Source: Bacillota bacterium
GTDB lineage: Bacteria; Bacillota; Limnochordia; Darwinibacteriales; JAAYFS01
Length of the DNA stretch: 64,000 bases
Assembly: GCA_012728115.1 (NCBI GenBank)
Contig: JAAYFS010000055.1
Span: 11,779-75,778, forward strand
Reading direction: 5' to 3'
In this document: one piece after another, positions 34,264-43,689 of the stretch
Position numbering within the stretch: the first letter of the stretch is position 1
Layout of the letters: every line of letters starts with the position of its first letter
Program-made: the position numbers and the translations under genes
Notes under the pieces: generated by a model
Told to the model about the DNA's origin: nothing
Database searches by the model: none
The model's input: the letters and a program-made list of their open reading frames with translations, nothing else

Positions 34264-37200
34264 TTAAGACAATGTTGCTTGCTTTTCTTGTTTAACATCC
34301 GCTTTATCTCTATGGAATAAATCGTATAGAACTGGAATGAACACCAGTGTTAAAGCGGTTGCGTAGATCAAACCGCCGATCGTAGTAATCGCTAGCGGCT
34401 GAATCATTTCCGCTCCCATACCCAAACCGATCGACATGGTTGAAAGACCAAAGATGGTTGTGATTGCAGTCATTAGAATAGGTCTTAGACGGGTATTACC
34501 CGCTTCAATAATTGCTTTGCGTTTTTCCATGCCGCTTTCTCGCAATTGATTGACATAGTCCACGAAGACAATCCCGTTGTTAACTACAATTCCTGTTAGA
34601 ATAATCAAACCGAGAAACGCCACGATACTTAGAGGGTTGTTTGTAAACAGTAACGCTAAGAATCCTCCAGTAAAGGCTAGTGGGATGGTAAACATCACTA
34701 TGAACGGTGATAGCAAGCTTTGGAACTGTGCAACCATTACTAGGTAGATTAAGATCACTCCAAGAACTAGCATTAAAGTTAGATCGTCAAAGGCATCCGT
34801 GATCAATTCTTGTTCGCCACCGATTGCGATACGATATCCTTCTGGCATGTCAAAATCGTTGATTAGCGCTTCTACTTCACGACCGACAAGTCCGATGTTG
34901 TAACCATCGGCAACTCCAGCTGTGACCGTAACATATCTTTGGAGGTTCTCTCGATAAATCGATGAGAAGCCTTCGCTTTCGCTTATTTCAGATATTTCCT
35001 CAATACTGATTTCGCCACCAATCATCGAAGGCAAGGTTGTTTTCCGAAGCTCATCGATGGTTAGAGACTGCAAGCTCTTTTGGTCAGTAACTACTATATC
35101 GTAGTCTCTGTTGCCAACGGTTAAAGTGGTTGTTGCTTTCGGTGGAGAGAGCAGCTGATTTACCTTCAAGAACACCTGAGCAACAGTTATTCCATGACCG
35201 ATTCCCTTAGCTTTATCAACGTTAATCTTTAATTCAGCTGCACGTTTTCCGATACCATCCGAAACGTCAACTGTACCTTCGACGGAACGTAGCTTTTCGG
35301 CAAAATCCATTGCTAAAGCCTGGAGAGTATCAAGATCTCTACCAGAGATGGTAACTGCGATTTCTCCGCCAGCGAAGGTAGAGATGTCCATACTAGTATC
35401 AGTAACAGTAATTTCAGCATCGATATCAGCGGTTTTTTCTCTAATTATTTGCGCGATTTCATGAGTTGACTTGGAGCGTTCATCTTTTAAGAGTACATAG
35501 TAGGATAAGGAATCACTGTTATTTCCTCCTAAACTACCAAAACTGAGTCCTATGATTGAACCGCCACCCATTTGAGCTCCTACAGTTTCTACTTCATCGA
35601 TTTTGGAAATAAGCTCGCCTATTTTATCTGCGGTTGCAACAGCGTTTTCAAAAGATGTACCTGGGGTTAACGAAACTTGCACCATTAATTGGCCAGTATC
35701 TGCGGCAGGGAAGAACTCTGTTCCTACTCTTAATGAGCCAAGTAGGCTAAGCACGAAAAGAATAAGCACAAAACTAATGACAGCCCATTTTTTATTGAGT
35801 GCAAAGTTTAGTACTTTATTATACAATCCTTTGGGTTTATCAAGTGTACGATGGGTCTTTTTAGTATTCTTCAAGGTATTAGCAGCGATCACTGGTACCA
35901 AAGTTAGGGCAACGAGTAAACTTGCTAGTAATGAAAAAGTAATAGTTAGACCCATATCCGAAAAGACCTGTCTGGTTAAGCCCTTAGTAAAGACAATTGG
36001 TAGAAATACAGCGATTGTAGTTAGAGTGGAGGAAGCGATTGCTCCTGCAACTTGGTTAGCTCCTTGAATAGCCGCTTCTTTGGCGCTCTTTCCTTCGCTG
36101 CGCATTCTAAAGATATTTTCGATTACTACGATTGAGTTGTCGACTAACATCCCAACGCCAAGGGCTAGACCACCCATTGAGATAATATTTAATGACACAT
36201 TTGAAAAATACATTAATACGAAAGCTGTGACCAACGAAATTGGAATAGAAAGTCCAACAGCGATCGTTGGTTTAATATCTCTTAAGAATAGTAAAAGAAC
36301 TAGGATTGCTAGAACTCCACCAGAGATCAAGTTAGAAACGATCGAATCTAGCACGATATCGACGTATTTTCCTTGATCCATAAGAGGGACAATAGTAACC
36401 CCTTCATGTTTCTTCATAATCTCTTCGGCTCGTTGCCTGACTTCAGCTGCCACATCAGAGGTGGAATGTTCAGCTTGTTTTTGGATTGTCAACACTATGG
36501 AATCTTTCCCATTAACCTTGTTGTATGAGGTTTCGGAGTTATCCGTTATGCTAATGTCGGCAATGTCGCTAAGAACTACAGGAGGAATGTTTCCGATCGG
36601 GATAGAGAAGATAGGAAGTTGCTCTAATTCCTTTATACTCTTAATTCTATCACCAGTTCGGACCAGATAGTTAGTGCCTTGATCAGAGAGATACCCAGCT
36701 GGAACATTGAGATTTTGACCTTGAATCATACCCGCGATCAATTCTGGAGTAATCGCAAAATCCTCTAATCCTTCAAAATCAAAACCTTTAAGTAATCCAG
36801 GCATAAAGAACACAGCTGACATAATTGTTTGTTGGATCTCATCCGTTGTTTCTTGGATCTTTTCATCGTTTAGAATCACGTTGATGGTTGATTCTAATAA
36901 ACCGCTTGCGGAGACAGATGCTACACCATCAATTCTCTCGAATTCTGGGATGATAGTATTTTGAATAAATGCGGATGAATCAGCTAAAGATTGCCCTTCT
37001 ACAGCTACCGAGAGAACGGATATTGGAAGCATATCTGGGTTTATTCTTAAAATCATTGGGGAGTTGACGCTGTCTGGCATATAGGCTTTAATCATATCAA
37101 GACTTTCGCGTATTTCGATCATTGCGGTATCCATATTGGTGTCTCCAAAGAACTCGAGAATAACGATCGAAATATTCTCGCTTGATATGGAGTTAACGTT

Positions 37201-37440
37201 ACGGATATTGCTTAAAGATAGCATAGATTGTTCAATAGGTCTACTGACCGCTAATTCAACCTCTTCTGGACTAGCCCCAGGATAAATCGTTGCGACAATT
37301 GCATAAGGTAGATTCATACTTGGTAACAGATCCGTTGACATATTGATCACTGAAACCGCACCAAGAATTAGCACAACGATTACAGCTACTAATATAGTAT
37401 AGGGTTTGTTTACACTAAATCTAGGCAGCAAATCATTCAC
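34264..37440 (-). CDS. RND-family efflux transporter permease (AcrB/SwrC-like)
   Basis: A 1058-aa protein with 12 predicted TM helices and two large loops. No membrane-fusion-protein gene is adjacent. Confidence 0.85.
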   Translation of the reverse strand: MNDLLPRFSVNKPYTILVAVIVVLILGAVSVINMSTDLLPSMNLPYAIVATIYPGASPEEVELAVSRPIEQSMLSLSNIRNVNSISSENISIVILEFFGDTNMDTAMIEIRESLDMIKAYMPDSVNSPMILRINPDMLPISVLSVAVEGQSLADSSAFIQNTIIPEFERIDGVASVSASGLLESTINVILNDEKIQETTDEIQQTIMSAVFFMPGLLKGFDFEGLEDFAITPELIAGMIQGQNLNVPAGYLSDQGTNYLVRTGDRIKSIKELEQLPIFSIPIGNIPPVVLSDIADISITDNSETSYNKVNGKDSIVLTIQKQAEHSTSDVAAEVRQRAEEIMKKHEGVTIVPLMDQGKYVDIVLDSIVSNLISGGVLAILVLLLFLRDIKPTIAVGLSIPISLVTAFVLMYFSNVSLNIISMGGLALGVGMLVDNSIVVIENIFRMRSEGKSAKEAAIQGANQVAGAIASSTLTTIAVFLPIVFTKGLTRQVFSDMGLTITFSLLASLLVALTLVPVIAANTLKNTKKTHRTLDKPKGLYNKVLNFALNKKWAVISFVLILFVLSLLGSLRVGTEFFPAADTGQLMVQVSLTPGTSFENAVATADKIGELISKIDEVETVGAQMGGGSIIGLSFGSLGGNNSDSLSYYVLLKDERSKSTHEIAQIIREKTADIDAEITVTDTSMDISTFAGGEIAVTISGRDLDTLQALAMDFAEKLRSVEGTVDVSDGIGKRAAELKINVDKAKGIGHGITVAQVFLKVNQLLSPPKATTTLTVGNRDYDIVVTDQKSLQSLTIDELRKTTLPSMIGGEISIEEISEISESEGFSSIYRENLQRYVTVTAGVADGYNIGLVGREVEALINDFDMPEGYRIAIGGEQELITDAFDDLTLMLVLGVILIYLVMVAQFQSLLSPFIVMFTIPLAFTGGFLALLFTNNPLSIVAFLGLIILTGIVVNNGIVFVDYVNQLRESGMEKRKAIIEAGNTRLRPILMTAITTIFGLSTMSIGLGMGAEMIQPLAITTIGGLIYATALTLVFIPVLYDLFHRDKADVKQEKQATLS

Positions 37441-37443
37441 TCC

Positions 37444-37875
37444 TTAACTTTCTAAAATTTGATTAAATTTCTCTAGACCGGTGATAATGGTCAGCATTTC
37501 TGCTGTTGAGGATTTACAAAAGAGGTGACCGAAGAAGTCTTTGAACTTCTGCTCTATTTGAAGAGTTAACTCATCGACCTTTTCAGTTAACTCAACGGTA
37601 ACCACTCGACGATCGCTTGTACTTCTATTGCGGGCTACTAATCCGTCCCTTTCTAATCGATCGATTATTCCAGAAGTGGTACTTTTGGTTAGCCCCATTT
37701 CCGCACTAATTTCACTAATATTCATCGGGCCTTGCTCTAAAAGAAGTAGAAGGATAGACATCTGTGGAAGGGTTAACTCGGAACCCTCAAAATACTCTCG
37801 TATGTATTTTTGTAGTTTCTTCTGTATCTTACTCATAAGTTCGAAAATAATTCTAGAATGTTCCTCGTGACACAC
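37444..37875 (-). CDS. MarR-family transcriptional regulator
   Basis: A winged HTH (LTLPQMSILLLL...GLVAR) in a 143-aa protein. It is the first gene of the marR-RND operon. Confidence 0.8.
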   Translation of the reverse strand: MCHEEHSRIIFELMSKIQKKLQKYIREYFEGSELTLPQMSILLLLLEQGPMNISEISAEMGLTKSTTSGIIDRLERDGLVARNRSTSDRRVVTVELTEKVDELTLQIEQKFKDFFGHLFCKSSTAEMLTIITGLEKFNQILES

Positions 37876-37929
37876 TTAATCACCACCCTCCGAACATTTT
37901 GCTATTTTCCAGACAATTATATGAAAACA

Positions 37930-37958
37930 GTTCGGAAACGAATAGTTTGCATCCGAAC
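37930..37958 (-). promoter_or_regulatory. candidate MarR operator (perfect 7-bp inverted repeat)
   Basis: GTTCGGA-N15-TCCGAAC lies between the predicted promoter and the marR start. Confidence 0.35.
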
Positions 37959-37972
37959 CAATTACGATTCTT

Positions 37973-38001
37973 AGTATAATTTATGGAAATTTCACCGTCA
38001 A
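37973..38001 (-). promoter_or_regulatory. sigma-A-like promoter of the marR-RND operon
   Basis: On the minus strand, TTGACG (37996-38001), a 17-bp spacer and TATACT (37973-37978). Confidence 0.4.
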
Positions 38002-38023
38002 TAGCTAATAAGGAAAATTAATA

Positions 38024-38050
38024 AAAAAACCGTCATAAAGACGGTTAAAA
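38024..38050 (-). terminator. intrinsic terminator of ssrA
   Basis: Minus-strand AACCGTC-TTTAT-GACGGTT followed by TTTTTTT. Confidence 0.7.
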
Positions 38051-38057
38051 TCATATT

Positions 38058-38408
38058 TGGTGGAGGTGAGCGGAGTTGCACCGCTGTCCGCAAGTGAAAT
38101 TACATTGGCCTCTCCGAGCGCAGCTACAATTTTAGAATCTCGCCAAAACACACTCCTTGTAGCTGGATTATGTTCTAGCCAGCCCATTACATTCCCCCAG
38201 AGTGCTGGGCGATTCCTCTGAAGTAACCTGCTAAGTTGACACCAGGTTTATTCCCGCAGGTAAAGAACAAACTGGCGTAACTGCTATCTTAAGCAGCTAA
38301 AGCGTAATTATTATCTGCAATTATTTTAGGTCCCAAATTTAACGAGGTTTGGGGATCTCGGCTCGCTTCCAATGCTCTTCCTACCTACGTCGAAACTAAT
38401 TCACCCCC
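38058..38408 (-). ncRNA. ssrA: transfer-messenger RNA (tmRNA)
   Basis: The minus strand reads 5' GGGGGTGAATTAGTTTCGACG ... tag ORF GCAGATAATAATTACGCTTTAGCTGCTTAA (ADNNYALAA*) ... T-arm AGCGG-TGCAACT-CCGCT, then CACCTCCACCA 3'. Length is about 351 nt. Confidence 0.8.
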
Positions 38409-38449
38409 AAGTGTTTAACACAATTGGGTTCACTAAACGTGCATTAAAT

Positions 38450-38478
38450 ATAATATCATATTTTGGAGTTAGCGTCAA
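38450..38478 (-). promoter_or_regulatory. sigma-A promoter of ssrA
   Basis: On the minus strand, TTGACG (38473-38478), a 17-bp spacer and an extended -10 TGaTATTAT (38450-38458). Confidence 0.55.
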
Positions 38479-38765
38479 TGTTGAAACTCATTTGGCTCTA
38501 GATTTCACCATTGTTTATCATGGTTGATTTTATAAGCATCACAGGAAAATTACAAGGAATTATTTATTTCAAAACCAGCGAATGTAAAACAAGGAATTTT
38601 AAGATGTTAATTCTTAACTTCTTTCCTTATATTTAAAGGGAAAGAAGTGTATGTTTCGAACAGAGATAATTAAAAAGACACGTTTAATCATCTGGTAATG
38701 GTAAGGACATTAAATTTGAGGATTGCAAGGCGTAACTGTGGAAAATAATCCGTTCCGTAGGGGGA

Positions 38766-40340
38766 ATGATGATGAGAAAACCGATCGTATTGGTGGTAAT
38801 GGACGGTATTGGGAAGGGCAAAGGGGATTTTAGTGATGCTGTTAGTTTAGCCAATACACCCACTCTCGATATGTTAATGACTAATTATCCAAACATCTTA
38901 ATTAAGGCACATGGTACTGCTGTCGGGTTACCTTCTGATGCTGATATGGGAAACAGCGAAGTAGGGCATAACGCGTTGGGATGCGGACAAATCTATTCTC
39001 AAGGAGCGAAGTTAGTAAATGAAAGTATTGAAAGAGGAGAAATCTTTGAATCTGATGTTTGGCATGAAGTGATCTCAAATTGTCTTAACAATAATTCCAT
39101 CTTACATTTTATCGGACTTTTATCTGATGGGAATGTTCACTCGAATATCAATCACTTAAAGTCGATGATCATCAAAGCCAAAGAAAGCAATGTAACCAAA
39201 GTCAGGGTTCATATTCTACTCGATGGTCGTGATGTTCCAGCTACTTCTGCTCTTGAATACGTTGATGATCTAGAAAGCCTGCTTGCAGAACTTAATTGCG
39301 ATAACTTCGATGCTCGCATAGCCTCTGGTGGAGGTAGGATGAAAATTACGATGGATAGATATCAAGCAAACTGGGATATGGTAAGACTAGGTTGGGAAAC
39401 GCATGTGCTTGGTGAGGGTAGACAGTTTACTTCTGCTCTTGAGGCTATCAAGTCGTATCGCGAGGAATTTAACGTGATCGATCAAGATCTTCCGCCTTTT
39501 GTGATCGCTGAAAATGGAAATCCTGTTGGAAGAATGAATGATGGCGATAGCGTAATCTTTTTTAATTTCCGTGGTGATCGGGCAATTGAAATAAGTATTG
39601 CCTTCGACTATCAAGATTTTGATAAATTTGATCGGAAGTATGTTCCAAAGGTGGTTTACGCAGGGATGCTTCAGTATGATGGAGACATCAATGTTCCCAA
39701 GAAATATCTTGTTAGTCCGCCAAACATCAAAAACACCTTGTCAGAGCTATTGGTGGAACATAGGATAAAGCAATATGCTGTATCGGAGACCCAAAAGTAT
39801 GGGCATATGACCTACTTTTGGAATGGAAATAGGAGTGGAAAGTTTAGCGATGAGCTGGAAGTGTTTTATGAAGTACCATCGGATCAGGTGCCTTTTGAAC
39901 AGCGTCCTTGGATGAAAGCAGCAGAAATAACTGATAAAGTAATTGAAGCGATTGAATCGGGAGAATACGGCTTCATCCGTTGTAATTATCCAAACGGTGA
40001 TATGGTAGGGCATACTGGCAACATTGATGCGACAATTATCGGTGTAGAAGCAGTTGACTTAGGTTTGGCAAGAATACTAGAGGCTGTCACCAAAAAAGAT
40101 GCAATCCTAATTGTAACAGCTGATCATGGCAATGCGGATGATATGGTAGAGATTGATAAATCGGGGAATCTGCAAATGAAAACCGCTCATTCGCTGAACC
40201 CCGTACCTTTTATTATCTTTGACAAAAACAAGGCATACAGTATTAAACCAGGTAATTATGGACTCGCGAACGTAGCTCCCACCATCGCTCGCTTATTCAA
40301 TCTAGACATACCAAAGCATTGGGAGGAGAGTATGGTATAG
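38766..40340 (+). CDS. second, divergent 2,3-bisphosphoglycerate-independent phosphoglycerate mutase paralog
   Basis: The 524-aa protein has iPGM motifs (VLVVMDGIG, NSEVGH, LLDGRDV, ADHGNADDM). It is far more divergent than the operon copy at 30954..32498. Confidence 0.8.
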   Translation: MMMRKPIVLVVMDGIGKGKGDFSDAVSLANTPTLDMLMTNYPNILIKAHGTAVGLPSDADMGNSEVGHNALGCGQIYSQGAKLVNESIERGEIFESDVWHEVISNCLNNNSILHFIGLLSDGNVHSNINHLKSMIIKAKESNVTKVRVHILLDGRDVPATSALEYVDDLESLLAELNCDNFDARIASGGGRMKITMDRYQANWDMVRLGWETHVLGEGRQFTSALEAIKSYREEFNVIDQDLPPFVIAENGNPVGRMNDGDSVIFFNFRGDRAIEISIAFDYQDFDKFDRKYVPKVVYAGMLQYDGDINVPKKYLVSPPNIKNTLSELLVEHRIKQYAVSETQKYGHMTYFWNGNRSGKFSDELEVFYEVPSDQVPFEQRPWMKAAEITDKVIEAIESGEYGFIRCNYPNGDMVGHTGNIDATIIGVEAVDLGLARILEAVTKKDAILIVTADHGNADDMVEIDKSGNLQMKTAHSLNPVPFIIFDKNKAYSIKPGNYGLANVAPTIARLFNLDIPKHWEESMV

Positions 40341-41071
40341 GGGTTGGGTTTTTTAGCAAGCATACAAGCTAGCGGCGAGATCTGCCGTTACCCAGGGCAA
40401 AGCTGCACCAGATAACATTTCGCTCTTACGGCGTGATTAAGTTAATGATTGAGGTGGGGAATAGGGAAAATTTTTGAATCACCGCTAAGCCTCGAAAAAA
40501 TCGTTTGTGCAAGGAAGGCTTGTTATTAGACTAGATAGAGAAGTTGCATAGGAAAGTTACAGGTATCTTGATTGATAGGCTAACGTTATTGCTAATTAAT
40601 GGAAGATAGTTGGACAAAAGGTTTTATTTTGAAAGAGAACGTAGGCGCGGAATTTGCGAATAATACCAAATAGGTGTTGAACCAATGTGAAAAACTGGGG
40701 TTAATAGAACTCAACCATCTATCATTGTTAAAAGGAATAAAATGTGGATACGTCCTTTTACACAGACTATGGTGATGGTAAGACGCTTCTGGGGTAATAG
40801 CGGGGACGATTAATGATCAAATCAAGATCATATACTATGATGGTATTAATAACTCACCCATGATGGAAGTCCAGATGATCTGGAGGGTATTTTCCCCTTT
40901 AGCGGTCAGTGCGAACCACAAATGAACATAAAATCCTGGGAGGTTCCCACATAGCTCTAGAAGCCCATTACAGGGTCTTACAAGGAAAAATGTTAAATAA
41001 ATAGAAATAAAAAATGCGGTTCGCACACACTGCTTTTGAAACAAGCCTATGGAAAGGGTTTGTGCACCCTA

Positions 41072-41236
41072 CGGTCGCACCCTGTGCGGGTGCGTGGATT
41101 GAAACCGTCACTTAAATGTAACAGCCAAATCTCCTGCACTGTCGCACCCTGTGCGGGTGCGTAGATTGAAACTCTTTGCTTCGCGCATAATGTTTTCGCC
41201 TTCTTTGTCGTACCTTGTGCGGGTGAGCGGATTTTA
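41072..41236 (+). CRISPR. orphan CRISPR mini-array of 3 repeats and 2 spacers; 32-nt type I-C-like repeat GTCGCACCCTGTGCGGGTGCGTGGATTGAAAC
   Basis: Repeats lie at 41072-41103 (consensus), 41139-41170 (1 mismatch) and 41205-41236 (degenerate terminal copy). Spacers are 35 and 34 nt. The ...ATTGAAAC 3' end is typical of I-C/I-B repeats. No cas genes are in the window. Confidence 0.65.
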
Positions 41237-41657
41237 ATCTTAAGAAAACAATGTTTTAAATCTGAACCCTACTTTTTAGAACTATTTTATCTGAAATTCG
41301 CTAACAGCGAGTTTTTTTAAAAAAGGACTTTTTACTACGTTTTTAATCAAGGACTAGTACTCTTATTCCATCCCCTCTCTACTATTAAGAAATGAATACT
41401 ACCCTATTATCCCATGCATACTCTAACTGCATTCAATTTTTTATATATTAACAATGCCCCTACTGATTGGTCGGATGTCGCATCTTATTTAAGATGTTAT
41501 CCAAACTAATATCGCCTTGACCCAAAGAATCAGCGGTATTATCTTAAAAAGTGGGTGCGCAACCACCGGTTGCGACATTTCCAAGTGCAATATATAGAAT
41601 AGCAACCAGGGTTTTTGATAGGATAAAGCTAATTATTGAAGCAAAAGAGGTGGTAAA

Positions 41658-42248
41658 ATGAAATTGGATGAAAAAATCCTTTACTGTCGTAAAAGAGCGG
41701 GGTTATCGCAAGAGGAATTAGGTGAGAAAATAGGAGTATCTCGTCAAGCAATCAGCAAATGGGAGACAGGGGAATCTGTTCCAGAATTAGGAAAAATTAT
41801 ACTTTTGGCAGATATTTTTCAAGTAACAACAGATTGGTTGTTAAAGGATGGAGAAGGGGAGGAAGTTAGAGATTCAAAAGAAGCTCAGGCTGTGAATATA
41901 ACTCCTAATTGGGTAGAGTCCATTCCTGGTGTAATAGGCAATTTAATTAAAAAATATGGTTGGTTGTTCGGTGTATATTTGGCGATCTCAGGAGCAATAT
42001 CTATTGGTTTTGGAATTGCTGGTAAATTGATGTTCCGAAGTTTTATGCAAAACTCTCCTTTTTCAAATGAAACAACCTTCTTTTTCGATGCTCCAGGGTT
42101 TTCTGCCAGTAACTCTTTCGGCTTTGGAGTTAGTTCGGATCCATCCTCTTATATAACTGGATTCGTGATCATACTGGGAACCATTTTTCTTGTAGGTGGT
42201 ATAATTCTGGCTATCGTTCTAAAAAGAAAAGGGGTAGAGAAGGTATAA
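41658..42248 (+). CDS. membrane-anchored XRE-family HTH transcriptional regulator
   Basis: The N-terminal HTH_3 (LSQEELGEKIGVSRQAISKWETGE) is followed by two predicted TM helices (WLFGVYLAISGAISIGFGIAG and ITGFVIILGTIFLVGGIILAIVL). Confidence 0.7.
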   Translation: MKLDEKILYCRKRAGLSQEELGEKIGVSRQAISKWETGESVPELGKIILLADIFQVTTDWLLKDGEGEEVRDSKEAQAVNITPNWVESIPGVIGNLIKKYGWLFGVYLAISGAISIGFGIAGKLMFRSFMQNSPFSNETTFFFDAPGFSASNSFGFGVSSDPSSYITGFVIILGTIFLVGGIILAIVLKRKGVEKV

Positions 42249-42453
42249 AAAAGAAAAAATTATGGTAAAAGACCGCTACAGTTCTGATTTGCCTCTCCAA
42301 ATGCTAGGTTTTTCTGTCTAACATTTTGGGTGCAGATCATCACGCAGCGGTCGTTTTAATGTCCCTTGATTCTTAATCGACTTTAACGGGTCAGGCAACT
42401 CCGAATGACTCCTTCAACGCCAACATGCTCGAACAACGCAATCGGAGTGCTTC

Positions 42454-43539
42454 CTAAAATAGTAGAAGTAGATCGAATAGATCGAACATATAGTTAAACA
42501 ATTGAATTTCGGTTTCGGAAATACCAATCGAACTTTCATCAAAAATGAAAACCAGGTCAATTCTAGCGATCTCTTGAATTATTTCCGCTCGTTGCTCACG
42601 CGTGGTTAGCTCGCCTCGCGTTACTATCATTGCTAGGCGCTCTGACATCACAAAACCAAAAGAAAAAGCGTCGGTTTCTAAAATAAATAGTATTTTATCT
42701 GGTATCAGAGCTGCTTCGTCAAATAAATTTTCCATAATTACGATCGGATAACTTACCACGCCGTCGGAAGCTAGTGCAATAACAAAGATTGGTTCGGTTT
42801 CCATCACATCTTCATTATCGAGAACGGCAAGCAATTGTTCGAAAATATCCATCTGATGGATAGATATTATTTGAAAACCTTCTGGTAATGGTAAGGATGA
42901 GATGTTTGCCCAAGGTACAAGACTGCTAAACTCTTCCGTAGTAATTCTCGTTATGGTTGAACCAAGGGGAAATTCGGGAATACTAGCTAAATCAAGCTTT
43001 GAAATATCTGGATCATAATCTACGACAATCGTTTCTCGCACATAGATAATATTACCTTCATCATCGTACTGATAGAATTTTAGAATTAAGCCGCTTTCTA
43101 AATCGACGTATAATGTATTCACTAACCTATTATCCCTTTTATGGTAGAGTTCGATAACGATACAGTCTCGTTCTGCTACCTGTTGGAAATCAACTATTCT
43201 GAACTCATAGTTTGATAGAAGAAGACTAAGGTTGTCGCTTGTTCTTCGAAACTGTACTTCCTCCTTCAAATTATATTCCAATTGGAATTGTTGAAATGGG
43301 ATGATGGAATCTTCTCCATCTGAACCAGTTTGAAGAACGTAAATATTATCAACATAGTAGATCTCCGTTGTGGTAGCATACGTTTCATCTAAGTAAACAG
43401 TGGTAATTTGCTTAAAATATACGTTTTCGAACTTAGGTTTCGCAATAGGAAGCCAATAATCAATCTTTGCCGAAACCATCATGGAAAAACTTAGCAATGC
43501 AAGTACGCAGACCAACATACTGAACGCTATTCTTTTCAT
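42454..43539 (-). CDS. secreted protein of unknown function, paralog A of a tandem family (possible LolA/RseB-like fold)
   Basis: A signal peptide in a 361-aa protein. It shares blocks with the next two genes: NYEFRIVDFQQVAERDCIVIELYHKRDN, VDYDPDIS, PEGFQ and C-terminal TREQRAEIIQEIARIDLV. Confidence 0.6.
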   Translation of the reverse strand: MKRIAFSMLVCVLALLSFSMMVSAKIDYWLPIAKPKFENVYFKQITTVYLDETYATTTEIYYVDNIYVLQTGSDGEDSIIPFQQFQLEYNLKEEVQFRRTSDNLSLLLSNYEFRIVDFQQVAERDCIVIELYHKRDNRLVNTLYVDLESGLILKFYQYDDEGNIIYVRETIVVDYDPDISKLDLASIPEFPLGSTITRITTEEFSSLVPWANISSLPLPEGFQIISIHQMDIFEQLLAVLDNEDVMETEPIFVIALASDGVVSYPIVIMENLFDEAALIPDKILFILETDAFSFGFVMSERLAMIVTRGELTTREQRAEIIQEIARIDLVFIFDESSIGISETEIQLFNYMFDLFDLLLLF

Positions 43540-43689
43540 AGGCCTTTTCTGCCACCTTTCTTTTACTTTTCAAGCTTGCATCCATTTTGGGATTGACAAC
43601 CAAGAATCGCTGGTTTTGGCTACGGACATCAAAAAATGTCACTATAGCCTTAGATACGTTGAGTCCAATTAAAGACTTGGAACAGCTCT

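Noticed and set aside
35603-36670. Plus-strand ORFs inside the RND transporter gene.
   Set aside because: They are antisense to a 1058-aa conserved RND permease, so they are spurious.
38005-38187. 60-aa ORF on the minus strand.
   Set aside because: It lies entirely inside the tmRNA gene and terminator, so it is spurious.
40835-41044. 69-aa minus-strand ORF in the decayed region upstream of the CRISPR mini-array. Plus-strand short frames here (for example MWIRPFTQTMVMVRRFWGNSGDD*) were also examined as possible cas2 or cas1 remnants.
   Set aside because: No recognisable Cas motifs, no RBS, and the frames are broken by stops. The degraded-cas hypothesis remains untested.
43460-43672. Small ORFs (43460..43642 minus and 43481..43672 plus) around the start of secreted paralog A.
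   Set aside because: They overlap the paralog's signal-peptide region and promoter and have no independent support.
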